A stretch of 64,000 nucleotides of DNA, taken from Candidatus Eremiobacteria bacterium. Its GTDB lineage: Bacteria; Vulcanimicrobiota; Vulcanimicrobiia; Vulcanimicrobiales; Vulcanimicrobiaceae. A program made the position numbers and the translations under genes. The notes below the pieces were generated by a model, which made no database searches, was not told where the DNA came from, and was given only the letters and a program-made list of their open reading frames with translations. The stretch covers positions 1,088,001-1,152,000 of the forward strand of contig CAVWUU010000004.1 in assembly GCA_963758295.1 (NCBI GenBank), written 5' to 3'. Shown piece after piece: positions 1-9,260 of the stretch; the stretch's first letter is position 1, and each line of letters starts with the position of its first letter.

Positions 1-181
1 CGCTGCTAGGACTGGGCGATGCCGTAACCGGAGGCGGCGAGCCCGACGGCTGCGCGCTGGGACCGGAAGGAACGACTCCACCGTTGGAGCCTCCTCCTCC
101 ACCACCGCCGCAACCCGCTGCGAGCGCGATTGCGAAAATCAGAATCGAAGTAGCCGGTCTTACAAGTAGTCGCCTTTGCAT
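1..181 (-). CDS. Lipoprotein, N-terminal part (runs off the left edge)
   Basis: ATG at 181 after AAGGGA. Reads MQRRLLVRPATSILIFAIALAAGC-GGGGGGGSNGGVVPSGPSAQPSGSPPP, i.e. lipobox plus Gly/Pro/Ser linker. Not in the ORF track because it is open to the edge. Confidence 0.75.
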   Translation of the reverse strand, partial: MQRRLLVRPATSILIFAIALAAGCGGGGGGGSNGGVVPSGPSAQPSGSPPPVTASPSPSS

Positions 182-259
182 CCCTTACCACCGTAGAAGC
201 GCGTCTTACGATAGTCTCCAAGGTAGGCGCTTATGCGGCGGTGCGAACGGCCGTGTCGG

Positions 260-279
260 ATGGGGGCTTTCGCCCCCAT
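260..279 (-). terminator. GC-rich hairpin after the uppP operon (no U-tract)
   Basis: ATGGGGGC-tttc-GCCCCCAT perfect 8-bp stem, GAAA loop on the minus strand, just downstream of the stop at 284. Confidence 0.4.
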
Positions 280-283
280 GGAC

Positions 284-481
284 CTAACGCGAGGTCTGAG
301 GCGAGCTCTGGAACCGGAACCAAATCAGGCAGAGCAGCGCGATAACCCAGCACAGGACGAGGTGGGAAATATGGTGGCTGTGCGCCTCACCGGACTTCGT
401 GAGGAAATTGATCGTGCCGAGCCCATAGAGCAGGCCGACGACGAAAAAGAAGACGGCTAGAACGATCGCTAGAGCTTTCAT
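284..481 (-). CDS. Small two-TM membrane protein
   Basis: 65 aa with two hydrophobic segments; ATGA overlap with the uppP stop. Confidence 0.7.
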   Translation of the reverse strand: MKALAIVLAVFFFVVGLLYGLGTINFLTKSGEAHSHHISHLVLCWVIALLCLIWFRFQSSPQTSR

Positions 482-1338
482 GAAAGCACTCCCATTCGAC
501 TAAGGATGAAGCAGACGATGCCCATCAGCAAGCAATACCAGCCGAATGGGCGCAAATCGTTGTCTTTGAAATACCGCGTCAGAAACGCGACGGAGAAGTA
601 CGCCGCAATGCCGGCGATGACCGCTCCGATGAAGGCCTGCAGCGCCACAACATGCGACCCCGGCGCGGCTAGCTTCGGAATTTCGAGCAGCGACGCTGCC
701 AGAATGACGGGCGTGGCCAGCAAGAACGAGTAGCGCGCGGCGTCTTCGTGATTCAAATCGCACAGTAACGCAGCGACCATGGACGAGCCAGAGCGCGAGA
801 TGCCCGGAAGCAATGCAAGGCCCTGAGCGACGCCCACGAAGACGCTTTGGCCCCAAGAAAGCGTTTCGATCGGGCGGTCTTTGCGATGCAAATTTTCGTG
901 CTGGCGGCGCCTAAGCGCCTCGCCCGCAAACATTACGAGACCGTTGATTGCAAGAAACGCCGCCGCCGGAGTGGGCGATCCGAAAAGCGCGCGCACCGGT
1001 TCCTGAAACAGCACGCCCAGGATGCCGACCGGGATCGTCCCGATAACGAGCAGCCACCCCAGCCGTTCGTCGCGATCGTCGGAGAGTTTTCCGCGCATGA
1101 CGCTGCCGATGAGTGCGCGCGCGATCGCAACCCATTGCTTGCGGTAGAAGATCACGAGTGCGATTGCGGTGCCCAAATGCAACACGACGACGAAAGCCAA
1201 AAACGTTGGATCGTCGCGCTTGATGTTATTCCAGTGCAAAAGAGCCGGAATGAGGATCGTATGCCCAAGGCTCGAGACGGGAAATAATTCGCTCACACCT
1301 TGGAGCAAAGCGAGAACGACGGCTTGGAAAACGGTCAC
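478..1338 (-). CDS. uppP: Undecaprenyl-diphosphate phosphatase
   Basis: QGVSELFPVSSLGH and PGISRSG BacA motifs; multi-TM protein. Confidence 0.95.
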   Translation of the reverse strand: MTVFQAVVLALLQGVSELFPVSSLGHTILIPALLHWNNIKRDDPTFLAFVVVLHLGTAIALVIFYRKQWVAIARALIGSVMRGKLSDDRDERLGWLLVIGTIPVGILGVLFQEPVRALFGSPTPAAAFLAINGLVMFAGEALRRRQHENLHRKDRPIETLSWGQSVFVGVAQGLALLPGISRSGSSMVAALLCDLNHEDAARYSFLLATPVILAASLLEIPKLAAPGSHVVALQAFIGAVIAGIAAYFSVAFLTRYFKDNDLRPFGWYCLLMGIVCFILSRMGVLS

Positions 1339-1421
1339 GGTGGCCAGACTTACGCCTCATAACCGCACGCAGCCTCCCCTTTTTGGAGGATTGCATCCGA
1401 ACCTAGACTAAGGCCGAAACG

Positions 1422-1805
1422 GTGGAAAGGCACGAAACCGCGCAATCGGAACCGCAAGAGCGCAAATTTCAGCGCCTCGGCGACTCGCTGCTAGTTTCGT
1501 ACAGCATCAGCGACGATTTCGCGCCTGAATTCACCGAAACGTACGATATCGCACTCGGCGGTCTAGCAATGCTGACCAATGCCGAACTCAAAATCGACAA
1601 TCCCGTGGCAATTCAACTCGAGCTTAGGGGTGATACCCAACCGGTGCTTCGACTTAGAGGCATCATCCGGTGGTCACGGTACGATCCTCTGATGCAGCGC
1701 TATCGCACCGGAATCGCGTTCCTCGAAGTTGACGATGTAACACGCGGACATCTCCAACGCTACATCGATACGTTGCGGCTCCTACGCGACATGGGGATGA
1801 TGTAG
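1422..1805 (+). CDS. PilZ-domain protein
   Basis: RKFQR (RxxxR) and DIALGG (D/NxSxxG-like) motifs; C-terminal GIAF strand. Confidence 0.8.
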   Translation: MERHETAQSEPQERKFQRLGDSLLVSYSISDDFAPEFTETYDIALGGLAMLTNAELKIDNPVAIQLELRGDTQPVLRLRGIIRWSRYDPLMQRYRTGIAFLEVDDVTRGHLQRYIDTLRLLRDMGMM

Positions 1806-1852
1806 CTCGACGCTACGTGTCAGCCTCAGCTTTCGGCTTTGGATCATGCGGT

Positions 1853-1884
1853 GTCATCCTGAGGCTGTCGAAGGACGCGCGCAT
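1853..1884 (+). repeat. Single copy of the REP-like GTCATCCTGAG-n-TCGAAGGAC element
   Basis: gtcatcctgaggctgtcgaaggacgcgcgcat matches the units at 9.6 kb and 43-44.5 kb. Confidence 0.75.
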
Positions 1885-1978
1885 GGATTCGTTGCCGGCA
1901 AGATTTACAAGACGCCGGTTGGGCGCGGGCAGATGTTCAGAAGTGAGGAGTGCGCTTCGGCCGATTCCGGCGTGTTGG

Positions 1979-2101
1979 CTAGCGCAAATAAGTTGCCGCG
2001 TAGATGATTTTGTTGTCGGAGAGGAAGACTTCTTCGCCGTTTAGTTCTTCGGCCGCCCGTCGGCGCGCTTTGGTTTGCTGCAGGTGGAGCGGTCGGCGCA
2101 T
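1979..2101 (-). CDS. Possible 40-aa small protein (MRRPLHLQQTKARRRAAEELNGEEVFLSDNKIIYAATYLR)
   Basis: Open ATG..TAG frame in an otherwise empty intergenic gap; no clear RBS. Confidence 0.25.
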   Translation of the reverse strand: MRRPLHLQQTKARRRAAEELNGEEVFLSDNKIIYAATYLR

Positions 2102-2197
2102 GACGCTCGGGCGGTACTTCAGCCTTTATCCACGTCAACGCCGGGCTTGGCGCGATTCGCCGCAACAACAAGCGTCCTCGCGTTCCGTGAATTTTAG

Positions 2198-2851
2198 CTA
2201 CCAGCTGACGAATTTGACGGAGTACGTGTAGTCTGAAGCGATAGCTTTGCAATCATGGCGCGCCGGATTGTATTGCGCCGCGCGCGCCATCGACACGGCA
2301 ACGAGATCGAGCGATGAGTTGCCGCTGCTCGAACTCACGGCAGCACTTTGAACGGCGCCCTTGTCGTCAAGCGTAACGCGGACGCGCGCCGTGCCGCTAA
2401 CGTTTGCTGCGCGCGCTTCGGGTGAGATCTCCGACGGCGGCGGGGACGCGGCGATGGTCGCCGGCAGATCGTTGTTTGCGCACGGGACCGACGGTGCAGG
2501 CGAGGGCGCGCGTGCAGGGCTGGGCACGGCGGTCGCTGCGGTTCCACCCGTTCCAGTTGCGGCCGGGAGGACACCCGCTGGATTACGCGAGGGGCGGCGT
2601 GGCGCGGCAGAACGAACGGGTGCCGGTGAAGCGGTCGGCGCAGGCGTTGCCGTTTGCGGAGGCGGCGTGTGCGGCGCAGGTGTGGGGACGCGCGCAATAC
2701 GCGTCACGCGAAGGTGCTGAACGTGCACGACTTCGGTTTCGTCGCTCGTCTTGGTAAACGGCCAGTGAACTCCCGAAGCGATGATGAGATGAATGATCAG
2801 CGAAAGCGCAAAGGCGGCGATCAGCAGTCGTCGTGTGCGTCGGACATCCAT
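2198..2851 (-). CDS. tonB: TonB family protein
   Basis: N-terminal TM with SLIIH (SxxxH) motif, Pro-rich linker, C-terminal GTARVRVTLDDKG..SSSGNSSLD TonB_C domain. Confidence 0.85.
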   Translation of the reverse strand: MDVRRTRRLLIAAFALSLIIHLIIASGVHWPFTKTSDETEVVHVQHLRVTRIARVPTPAPHTPPPQTATPAPTASPAPVRSAAPRRPSRNPAGVLPAATGTGGTAATAVPSPARAPSPAPSVPCANNDLPATIAASPPPSEISPEARAANVSGTARVRVTLDDKGAVQSAAVSSSSGNSSLDLVAVSMARAAQYNPARHDCKAIASDYTYSVKFVSW

Positions 2852-2870
2852 TGATAGTGCTGCCTTCGGG

Positions 2871-2902
2871 AAAAGAAACGGGCGCTCCCATTGGGAGCGC
2901 CC
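2871..2902 (-). terminator. Intrinsic terminator between the two tonB genes
   Basis: GGGCGCTCCC-att-GGGAGCGCCC perfect 10-bp stem followed by GTTTCTTTT on the minus strand. Confidence 0.8.
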
Positions 2903-2933
2903 TTCTTATCGTTTCCCTTGCGTAGACCACCCG

Positions 2934-3665
2934 TTAGTCGGGCTGGAAGTCTGCGCGGAAGATGTAATCGCCGGTCGTCGGCGCGCAGTTCACGAGTTTC
3001 GGAGCATACTGCGACTGACGAGCGGCACGGAGTGCAGCTTGGTCGATCGCCATGTTTCCCGAAGACTTGTTGATTGCAGCGTTGACTAGGCTTCCAGTCG
3101 GACCGACCGTGACTTGAACCAGAACCGTAACCGGTCCAAGGCCCATATCTTGCGCCGATTGCGGATATTCAGGCTGCATCGGGTTGGTTACCGTAGCTTC
3201 CTGATTCGGATTGGCGCAAGCCGGTTTTGCCGTCGGTGCCGGCGTTCCGGGTACCGGAGTACCCTTGTCGGCCGTTCCGGCCGGCACGCCGTTTTCGTTG
3301 CCCTTCGGCGGCGGCACGTACTGGTTTTCCGTCGTTGACGTGTTCGAATTCGTCCTCGTCTTAGGAACGTTCACCTTGAGCTTCGGCTGTACGACTTGCT
3401 TCTGCTGCGGAGGCGGGGTCCGTTGCGGCGGGGGCGTCGGCGTCGGAGGCGGCGTCGGCGTCGGAGGCGGCGGGGTCGGGATCTTGACCTGCACCTTCTT
3501 GGTTACGCTGACCTTTTCGACTTCGTCGCTCGAGTGATGTTGCGCCAAGTTCGGGAAGAACGGCGAAACGATAAGGTGGAAGAGCAGCGAAATTACGAAC
3601 GCGATCCCAACGTAATTCCGGAGTCGCTCTCCCGTAGTAATGAACGATGTATCTTTAGTCGCCAT
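2934..3665 (-). CDS. tonB: Energy transducer TonB
   Basis: SLLFH TM motif, PTPPP repeats, PEYPQSA..SSGNMAIDQAAL TonB_C domain. Confidence 0.9.
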   Translation of the reverse strand: MATKDTSFITTGERLRNYVGIAFVISLLFHLIVSPFFPNLAQHHSSDEVEKVSVTKKVQVKIPTPPPPTPTPPPTPTPPPQRTPPPQQKQVVQPKLKVNVPKTRTNSNTSTTENQYVPPPKGNENGVPAGTADKGTPVPGTPAPTAKPACANPNQEATVTNPMQPEYPQSAQDMGLGPVTVLVQVTVGPTGSLVNAAINKSSGNMAIDQAALRAARQSQYAPKLVNCAPTTGDYIFRADFQPD

Positions 3666-3668
3666 CAG

Positions 3669-4097
3669 TTACGAATTCGTTCCCTCCGGCGTGCCTTCGA
3701 CGTGATTTGCAAGTCCGAAGTCCACCAAATCGTGCGATTTGGCGGCGTCCATGATTTGCAGAATCAGGCCGTAGTTCGCCCGCGGGTCGGCCTTAATGAT
3801 GACGCTTTTGAACTTATGGTCCGTTTGATCTTGAAGCGTCGCAAAGGCGTCGCTCAATTGTGCAACCGGAACATCTTGAGTAGATCCGATTTGGATGTTG
3901 TTTTTGTCGTCAACGATGACGATGAGCTGAGATGCCTGCACCTTGTCCCGGTTATGGGCTTCGGGCAGCTTCGGCTCTTTCGTTACGGCGGCGAGAATAA
4001 TGAAGATAATGAGGAGGACCAGCAATACGTCCGTGAACGGCGTAATGTTGATTGTCGACATTACCTCATCTTCGCCACCACCTGTCGAAACGGCCAC
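3669..4097 (-). CDS. exbD: Biopolymer transporter ExbD/TolR
   Basis: INITPFTDVLLVLLIIF and IKAD..YG motifs. Confidence 0.92.
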   Translation of the reverse strand: MAVSTGGGEDEVMSTINITPFTDVLLVLLIIFIILAAVTKEPKLPEAHNRDKVQASQLIVIVDDKNNIQIGSTQDVPVAQLSDAFATLQDQTDHKFKSVIIKADPRANYGLILQIMDAAKSHDLVDFGLANHVEGTPEGTNS

Positions 4098-4117
4098 GAG
4101 TTGTCTTAAACCTCCAC

Positions 4118-4531
4118 CTAGGACGTGACGAAACCGACGTCTTCGAGTCCGGCTTCCTTAGCAGCATCCAGGATGCGAATGATGACGCCGTACGGCGCCT
4201 TCGCATCGGCGATAATCGAAACGTGCTTGTGCGGCTTCTTCTTGGAAGCGTCGTACATCACGCGGTAGATGCTATTCACATCCGCTTTCGTGCCGTCAAC
4301 AAAAATTATGCCTTTGTTGTTGACATCGACTTCGATATCGTTGTGCTGGTTTGGCTGCGCACTTGCTGGGTTGTTATTGTGATTCGGAAGCTCTTTTTCG
4401 AATCCGGGCGGCGTCACGATAGCAGCCAGAATCATGAAGATGATGAGCAGCACCAACAGCACGTCCGTGAACGGCGTGATGTTGATTTCCGCCATCACTT
4501 CAGAGTCTTGTTGTGCTGAGAGCAGTCCCAC
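4118..4531 (-). CDS. exbD: Biopolymer transporter ExbD/TolR
   Basis: AEINITPFTDVLLVLLIIFM and IADAKAPYG motifs. Confidence 0.92.
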   Translation of the reverse strand: MGLLSAQQDSEVMAEINITPFTDVLLVLLIIFMILAAIVTPPGFEKELPNHNNNPASAQPNQHNDIEVDVNNKGIIFVDGTKADVNSIYRVMYDASKKKPHKHVSIIADAKAPYGVIIRILDAAKEAGLEDVGFVTS

Positions 4532-4549
4532 GGTTACCTTCTTCCGCTA

Positions 4550-5218
4550 TTACTTAGCGGCCGACTTCGGCTGGTACAGCTCCGTCGGGATCGGTGCTCC
4601 CGTGTTGTGGAAGTGCAACATCTCGGCGAGTTGGTTAGCCGCGACGATCATCTCTTGGTTGTACGCTTTGATTCGCGACTTGAAGTAGTTGAAGAAGATG
4701 ACGGCGACGATAGCGACGACAAGACCGGAGAAGGTCGTGATCAACGCTTCAGAAACACCGGCTGCAACGACGGCGGGCGTCGAGTTGCCTTTGAGGGCAA
4801 TATCTTGGAACGCCTTGATGATACCGAGAACCGTACCGGCCAAGCCGACGAACGGTGCGATAACGGCAACGGTACCGATGACGCCGAGGTTACGCTCGAG
4901 CGCATTGAGATGCTCCATCAGCGCGATGGAAAGTGCATCGGTGATATCGGCGCGATTCTTCTCGCCGCGGCGAAGACCGAACTCAAGAATACGCGGAAGC
5001 ATACCTTTGTTCGATTGGCAAATCTTAATTGCGCCGTCAAGATCATCAGTTGCGATCTTCTGGCCGATCGCGCGCAGCAGGCCCTTCGTATCGCCGTGTT
5101 GCGATGCAAAGAACACCAAACGCTCGATGACAATGGCGACGGTGATGATCGAGAGCGCCAACAGGATCCACATATCCAGGCCGCCCTGATGCATGACGCT
5201 CATAAATCCGTCAAACAC
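4550..5218 (-). CDS. exbB: MotA/TolQ/ExbB proton channel
   Basis: APFVGLAGTVLG and GVSEALITT motifs; AGGGG RBS upstream of the GTG. Confidence 0.92.
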   Translation of the reverse strand: MFDGFMSVMHQGGLDMWILLALSIITVAIVIERLVFFASQHGDTKGLLRAIGQKIATDDLDGAIKICQSNKGMLPRILEFGLRRGEKNRADITDALSIALMEHLNALERNLGVIGTVAVIAPFVGLAGTVLGIIKAFQDIALKGNSTPAVVAAGVSEALITTFSGLVVAIVAVIFFNYFKSRIKAYNQEMIVAANQLAEMLHFHNTGAPIPTELYQPKSAAK

Positions 5219-5262
5219 GTATTTTCCGACCCCTCCCGGGTTAAGTTATCTTAGAGTGCATT

Positions 5263-5281
5263 GACAATGAGAAACGAAAGC
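5263..5281. promoter_or_regulatory. Possible Fur-box-like operator upstream of exbB
   Basis: GACAATGAGAAACGAAAGC matches 12/19 positions of GATAATGATAATCATTATC, about 45 bp before exbB. Confidence 0.3.
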
Positions 5282-5374
5282 GGTTGCCCGCCCCCGTGCG
5301 GGCGGACCATTGGCCTACCCGCAAAGAAAGTCCTGGTATCGCCGCCACCCCGGGAGACGACGATATTTTTCCCT

Positions 5375-6694
5375 TTATTGCGGAATGTTTTTCAACGTCG
5401 CTTCAATGTTTGAAGCGAGTTCCGTGTTGCCGGCTGCCTTAGCTAGCGAATCGGCTTTGTTGAGATAGCTCAGCGCCTGCTTCTTATCTGCATCGCTGTG
5501 GCTGGTTGCGTACACGCCTGCATAAGCGATACCTTCCGCAAAGTTCGCTTGTGCATCGTTCGGGTTACCGGCCACGGCCTTGTCCGCATAGGTTTTGGCC
5601 TTGGCGTAGTCCGGTTTATCCATTCTAAAAATCGCAAACGCGGCAAGCGTGCTGCCCGTGACCGCGACTTGCGGATCGTTCAACGATGAAGCCTGATCGA
5701 AATCTTTCAGCGCTTCAGGGTAGTTCTTTGCAGTCATTGCGTCGCTGCCGGCCTTCAGGAGGTGGTTGCCCATGACGCGGGCGCCGGCGTTCATGCTCGG
5801 ATCGAGCTGCTTCATTTCAGCAGAGATCGCGTTCGCGTCCGTGGTGTCGTTCGTATCAACGTACGCTTCGAGCAGTTGGCGATCGACCGCAGCTTTGACC
5901 TTCGAATCGGTCACCTTGTCGTGCACGGCCTTCAGTGTCGTGATTGCAGCACTATACTGCTTGTTGGCGATCTGCGCAACGCCCAGCGCGAAGCGCGAGT
6001 TGGTGCTGCCGTCGAGCTCGACTGCCTTCTGTGCGTAAGCGAGCGAAGTCGTCGCGTCGTTCGGCGCGATCTTCACTGCGGCCGAAGCAAACGAGCCCGC
6101 TGCAACCGGAACGAACGCCTTCGAAATCGTGCCCGCCTTGGTGAACGCGGTGGCGGCAGCGACTTGGTCGCCCGAATAGTACTGCGCCAGACCGAGCAGC
6201 GCGTTGAGCTGCGGGTCCGACGGATTGCTTTGAAGTGCGGCCTGCGCCTTGGAAACGGCTTCTGAGTATTGGCGCTTGCGAATCAGGCTATCGATTTGCG
6301 TGGCCGGGCCGGACGCCGAACTCGTTCCGCCTTGGCTTTGCGAAACCGACGCGGATGAGCCGTTGAACTTCAACGTGAAATCGTAAAACGTCTGAATCGT
6401 CGCCGAGCCTTTTTTGCCCGGGCGGTACGTCGAGTTCTGTGCGATTTCCATCGCCGCGTCATTGTCGCCGGCGTTCGTCGACTTCAGAATGCGGGTTACC
6501 TTATGCGAACCGTCGGGGTTTACTTGAACTTGCACGATGACCGTGCCGTTGCCGGCAATGGCCTTACTCGTGCTTCCTTTATGAACGAGTTTCGGCGGCG
6601 TGTATTCGTTCGCGTACTGCGCGAGCGCCGGCGAGGCGGCCGCTGCAATCGCAATCGCCGAAGCCCCTGCGACGATCCGGGAGAAGCTTTTCAT
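5375..6694 (-). CDS. Secreted protein with TonB C-terminal domain fused to TPR repeats
   Basis: Start reassigned to MKSFSRIV (GAGG RBS). Signal peptide ending ASPALA, GTVIVQVQVNPDG TonB_C-like domain, then Ala-rich helical TPR-like repeats. Confidence 0.75.
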   Translation of the reverse strand: MKSFSRIVAGASAIAIAAAASPALAQYANEYTPPKLVHKGSTSKAIAGNGTVIVQVQVNPDGSHKVTRILKSTNAGDNDAAMEIAQNSTYRPGKKGSATIQTFYDFTLKFNGSSASVSQSQGGTSSASGPATQIDSLIRKRQYSEAVSKAQAALQSNPSDPQLNALLGLAQYYSGDQVAAATAFTKAGTISKAFVPVAAGSFASAAVKIAPNDATTSLAYAQKAVELDGSTNSRFALGVAQIANKQYSAAITTLKAVHDKVTDSKVKAAVDRQLLEAYVDTNDTTDANAISAEMKQLDPSMNAGARVMGNHLLKAGSDAMTAKNYPEALKDFDQASSLNDPQVAVTGSTLAAFAIFRMDKPDYAKAKTYADKAVAGNPNDAQANFAEGIAYAGVYATSHSDADKKQALSYLNKADSLAKAAGNTELASNIEATLKNIPQ

Positions 6695-6797
6695 CTGTAC
6701 CTCTAGTGGTCGTATGTATCGTTGCTGAAGAAGGAAGCGACAATCGCCTCGTTCTTCCATCAATGAACGAAACTTAAACGCGGAATGATGCGAAATT

Positions 6798-7661
6798 TCA
6801 GGCAGCCAAAGTGGCCGCAGGCAATCGTCGGCCGACTGCGGTTGCAACCGCACCCAACCGCCCGACCAGCGCTGCAAAGTCGTCCGGTGTGAGTGATTGC
6901 TGACCGTCCGAGACTGCGCTTGCTGGGTTGGGGTGCACTTCAACCAAGAGCCCGTCGGCGCCCGCTGCTATCGCGGCTAGCGCCATCGGCTCGACCAACC
7001 GGGCCACGCCGGTCCCGTGTGACGGATCGACAATGACCGGAAGGTGCGTCATTTCTGCCAGCAACGGTACTACCGAGAGGTCTAGCAGATTGCGCGTGGC
7101 CGGATCGAACGAACGCACGCCGCGTTCGCAAAGGACGATGTTGGGATTACCAGCGACGAGGAGATACTCCGCCGCCATCAGCCACTCTTCGACCGTAGCC
7201 GAAAGCCCGCGCTTGAGCAGAACCGGTTTGCCGGATTCGCCGGCCTCGCGCAAGAGGGCAAAATTTTGCATGTTCCGCGCGCCGATCTGAAGCATGTCGG
7301 CGTAACGCGAGACCGCGAGGACGTCTCGCGGATCGAGAACTTCGGTTACGACGCCCAGCCGATGGCGATCTGCGGCCTCGCGCAAGAGCTGGAGTCCTTC
7401 GATGCCAAGCCCCTGAAAGGCGTAGGGCGAGGTCCGCGGCTTAAAGGCGCCGCCCCGGAGGATGTTCGCTCCGCCGCGCGCCACGCCCGCGGCTGTCGCC
7501 TCGATCTGCTCCGCTGACTCTACCGAACACGGGCCCGCACAGAGTGCGAGCTTGTCGCCTCCGAAAGTGGCTCCTCCGGCAAGCCGGACAATGGTGCGTT
7601 CTACGCGTGCGTCGCGCCGAGCCAGCTTGAGCTCGCGCATGGGAGGTAAGTACCGATCCAC
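6798..7661 (-). CDS. aroF: 3-deoxy-7-phosphoheptulonate (DAHP) synthase, class I-beta
   Basis: AGPCSVES, GGAFKPRTSPY, IGARNMQN, DPSH and SDG motifs. Confidence 0.95.
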   Translation of the reverse strand: MDRYLPPMRELKLARRDARVERTIVRLAGGATFGGDKLALCAGPCSVESAEQIEATAAGVARGGANILRGGAFKPRTSPYAFQGLGIEGLQLLREAADRHRLGVVTEVLDPRDVLAVSRYADMLQIGARNMQNFALLREAGESGKPVLLKRGLSATVEEWLMAAEYLLVAGNPNIVLCERGVRSFDPATRNLLDLSVVPLLAEMTHLPVIVDPSHGTGVARLVEPMALAAIAAGADGLLVEVHPNPASAVSDGQQSLTPDDFAALVGRLGAVATAVGRRLPAATLAA

Positions 7662-7704
7662 GTTAGCCCGGATTCTACCACGAACGCCGGATTACGTCGT
7701 GCGA

Positions 7705-8508
7705 CTATTCTTGGCTGCTTTCCATGCCGACGCGCTTGAGCGCGGAGAGTTCACGCGGGGTCAACGAACGGGTCCGCCCCACGCCGAGATCGCCAAGCGA
7801 AATCGGGCCAAAGCGAAGCCGCACCAGCGTTTGCACGGGATGACCGAGCGCTTCGAACATCTTGCGAACCTGCCGATTGCGGCCCTCATGGATCGTGATG
7901 TCGACGACCGAGTAGCCCGCACGCACCGAAACCACGCGCACCTTTGCGCCGCCGGCCGTATAGCCGTCGACTTCGATTCCGTCGTGCAGCGCCTTTACCC
8001 CTTCGGGCGAAAGCCGTCCGCCGATCGTGGCGCGATACGTTTTATCCACGCCGAACCGCGGATGGAGCAGCCGGTTCGCGAGTTCGCCGTCGTTAGTCAG
8101 GAGCAACACGCCCGCGGTGTCGTAATCGAGGCGTCCCACCGGAACGACGCGCGGCAGCTTTTTCGGAATCAGCTCGACGATCGTGCGGCGCCCTTGCGGA
8201 TCCCGCATCGTTGTCATTACGCCGATCGGCTTGTGCATCACGATATACGTCGCTTCATTTTTTAATGCGGAAATCGGCGTTCCGCTAACGTCCACCTTAT
8301 CGCCCGGCTGAACCATCGTTCCGAGTTCGCGGCAGACCTTTCCGTTGACACGGACCTTGCCGTATGCAATCAACTGATCCGCGCGGCGACGCGAGGCCAG
8401 CCCCGCCTGCGCGATATACTTGTTCAGCCGGACGCCGTCACCGGCGTCGTTTGCCTTCTTCGCCGTGGTTTGCCCCGGACGGCGAGGCACATTTCTTCCT
8501 ATAGCCAT
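7705..8508 (-). CDS. rRNA pseudouridine synthase (RluB/RsuA family)
   Basis: S4 domain RLNKYIAQAGLASRR, catalytic GRLD, EGRNRQVR. Confidence 0.93.
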   Translation of the reverse strand: MAIGRNVPRRPGQTTAKKANDAGDGVRLNKYIAQAGLASRRRADQLIAYGKVRVNGKVCRELGTMVQPGDKVDVSGTPISALKNEATYIVMHKPIGVMTTMRDPQGRRTIVELIPKKLPRVVPVGRLDYDTAGVLLLTNDGELANRLLHPRFGVDKTYRATIGGRLSPEGVKALHDGIEVDGYTAGGAKVRVVSVRAGYSVVDITIHEGRNRQVRKMFEALGHPVQTLVRLRFGPISLGDLGVGRTRSLTPRELSALKRVGMESSQE

Positions 8509-8706
8509 AATGATTCACCGCGCAGTTTATCAAAAAGAAGCGCCTCGCGCTATTACGAACGCCATCAAGCACTCTCCGCGCCGGCGGGCGTCGCGTTAGG
8601 TCTAACGGGAAATCCGCGAAACGCCGATGGCCGGGCGAGGGCAGCTTGCACAGATCTGGCAACTCGTTCCGCGTGTCGCAGACCCGTCAGTTTGGCCGGA
8701 TTCGCC

Positions 8707-9234
8707 TTAGCCTACGTCTTCGCTGCGAAGCAATCCGAAAAGATGCATGTCGCGTACTTCGCCGCCTTTGATAACCGCGCGGCGTAGAATGCCTTCGCGC
8801 CGGAATCCGCTTTTCTCGAGGACGCGTTGTGAAGCAAGGTTTCCACCGTGCGCGTGCGCTTCGATGCGGCGCAAATCATAACGATCGAATAGATACTTCA
8901 CGAGTGCAGTACACGCGGCTGTCGCATGACCTTTGCCCCAGAATGATTTGGCGAGCCAATATCCGAGTTCAGCGCAGCCGCGGCGCTCCGCCTCTAATAA
9001 CTGAAATCCGGCGCCGCCTGCTAATTGGCCGGCAACTTCGATTGCGAAGTTTTCAGGTTCTGATTTGCTCAGATTGAAACGCACCCATACCTCGGCGTCT
9101 TTACGTTCGTACGGATGAGGAAACGTATCCCGCATGTTTGCCGCGATATCCCAATCGTTCGCAAGCGCGGCGAGCGTTGAGACATCTTCTTCCCTCCACT
9201 CACGCAACGTACAGTTACCGCAGTCTATGGCCAT
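8707..9234 (-). CDS. GNAT N-acetyltransferase (RimJ/RimL family)
   Basis: ELGYWL..WGKG and N.ASQRVLEKSGF..EG motifs. Confidence 0.9.
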   Translation of the reverse strand: MAIDCGNCTLREWREEDVSTLAALANDWDIAANMRDTFPHPYERKDAEVWVRFNLSKSEPENFAIEVAGQLAGGAGFQLLEAERRGCAELGYWLAKSFWGKGHATAACTALVKYLFDRYDLRRIEAHAHGGNLASQRVLEKSGFRREGILRRAVIKGGEVRDMHLFGLLRSEDVG

Positions 9235-9260
9235 CTAGCGTTCGAGTAGAAATCGTTGCG

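Noticed and set aside
55..80. SRP-RNA-like GGACCGGAAGGAAC
   Set aside because: It lacks the CAGG..AGCAG internal loop and lies within the lipoprotein CDS on the opposite strand.
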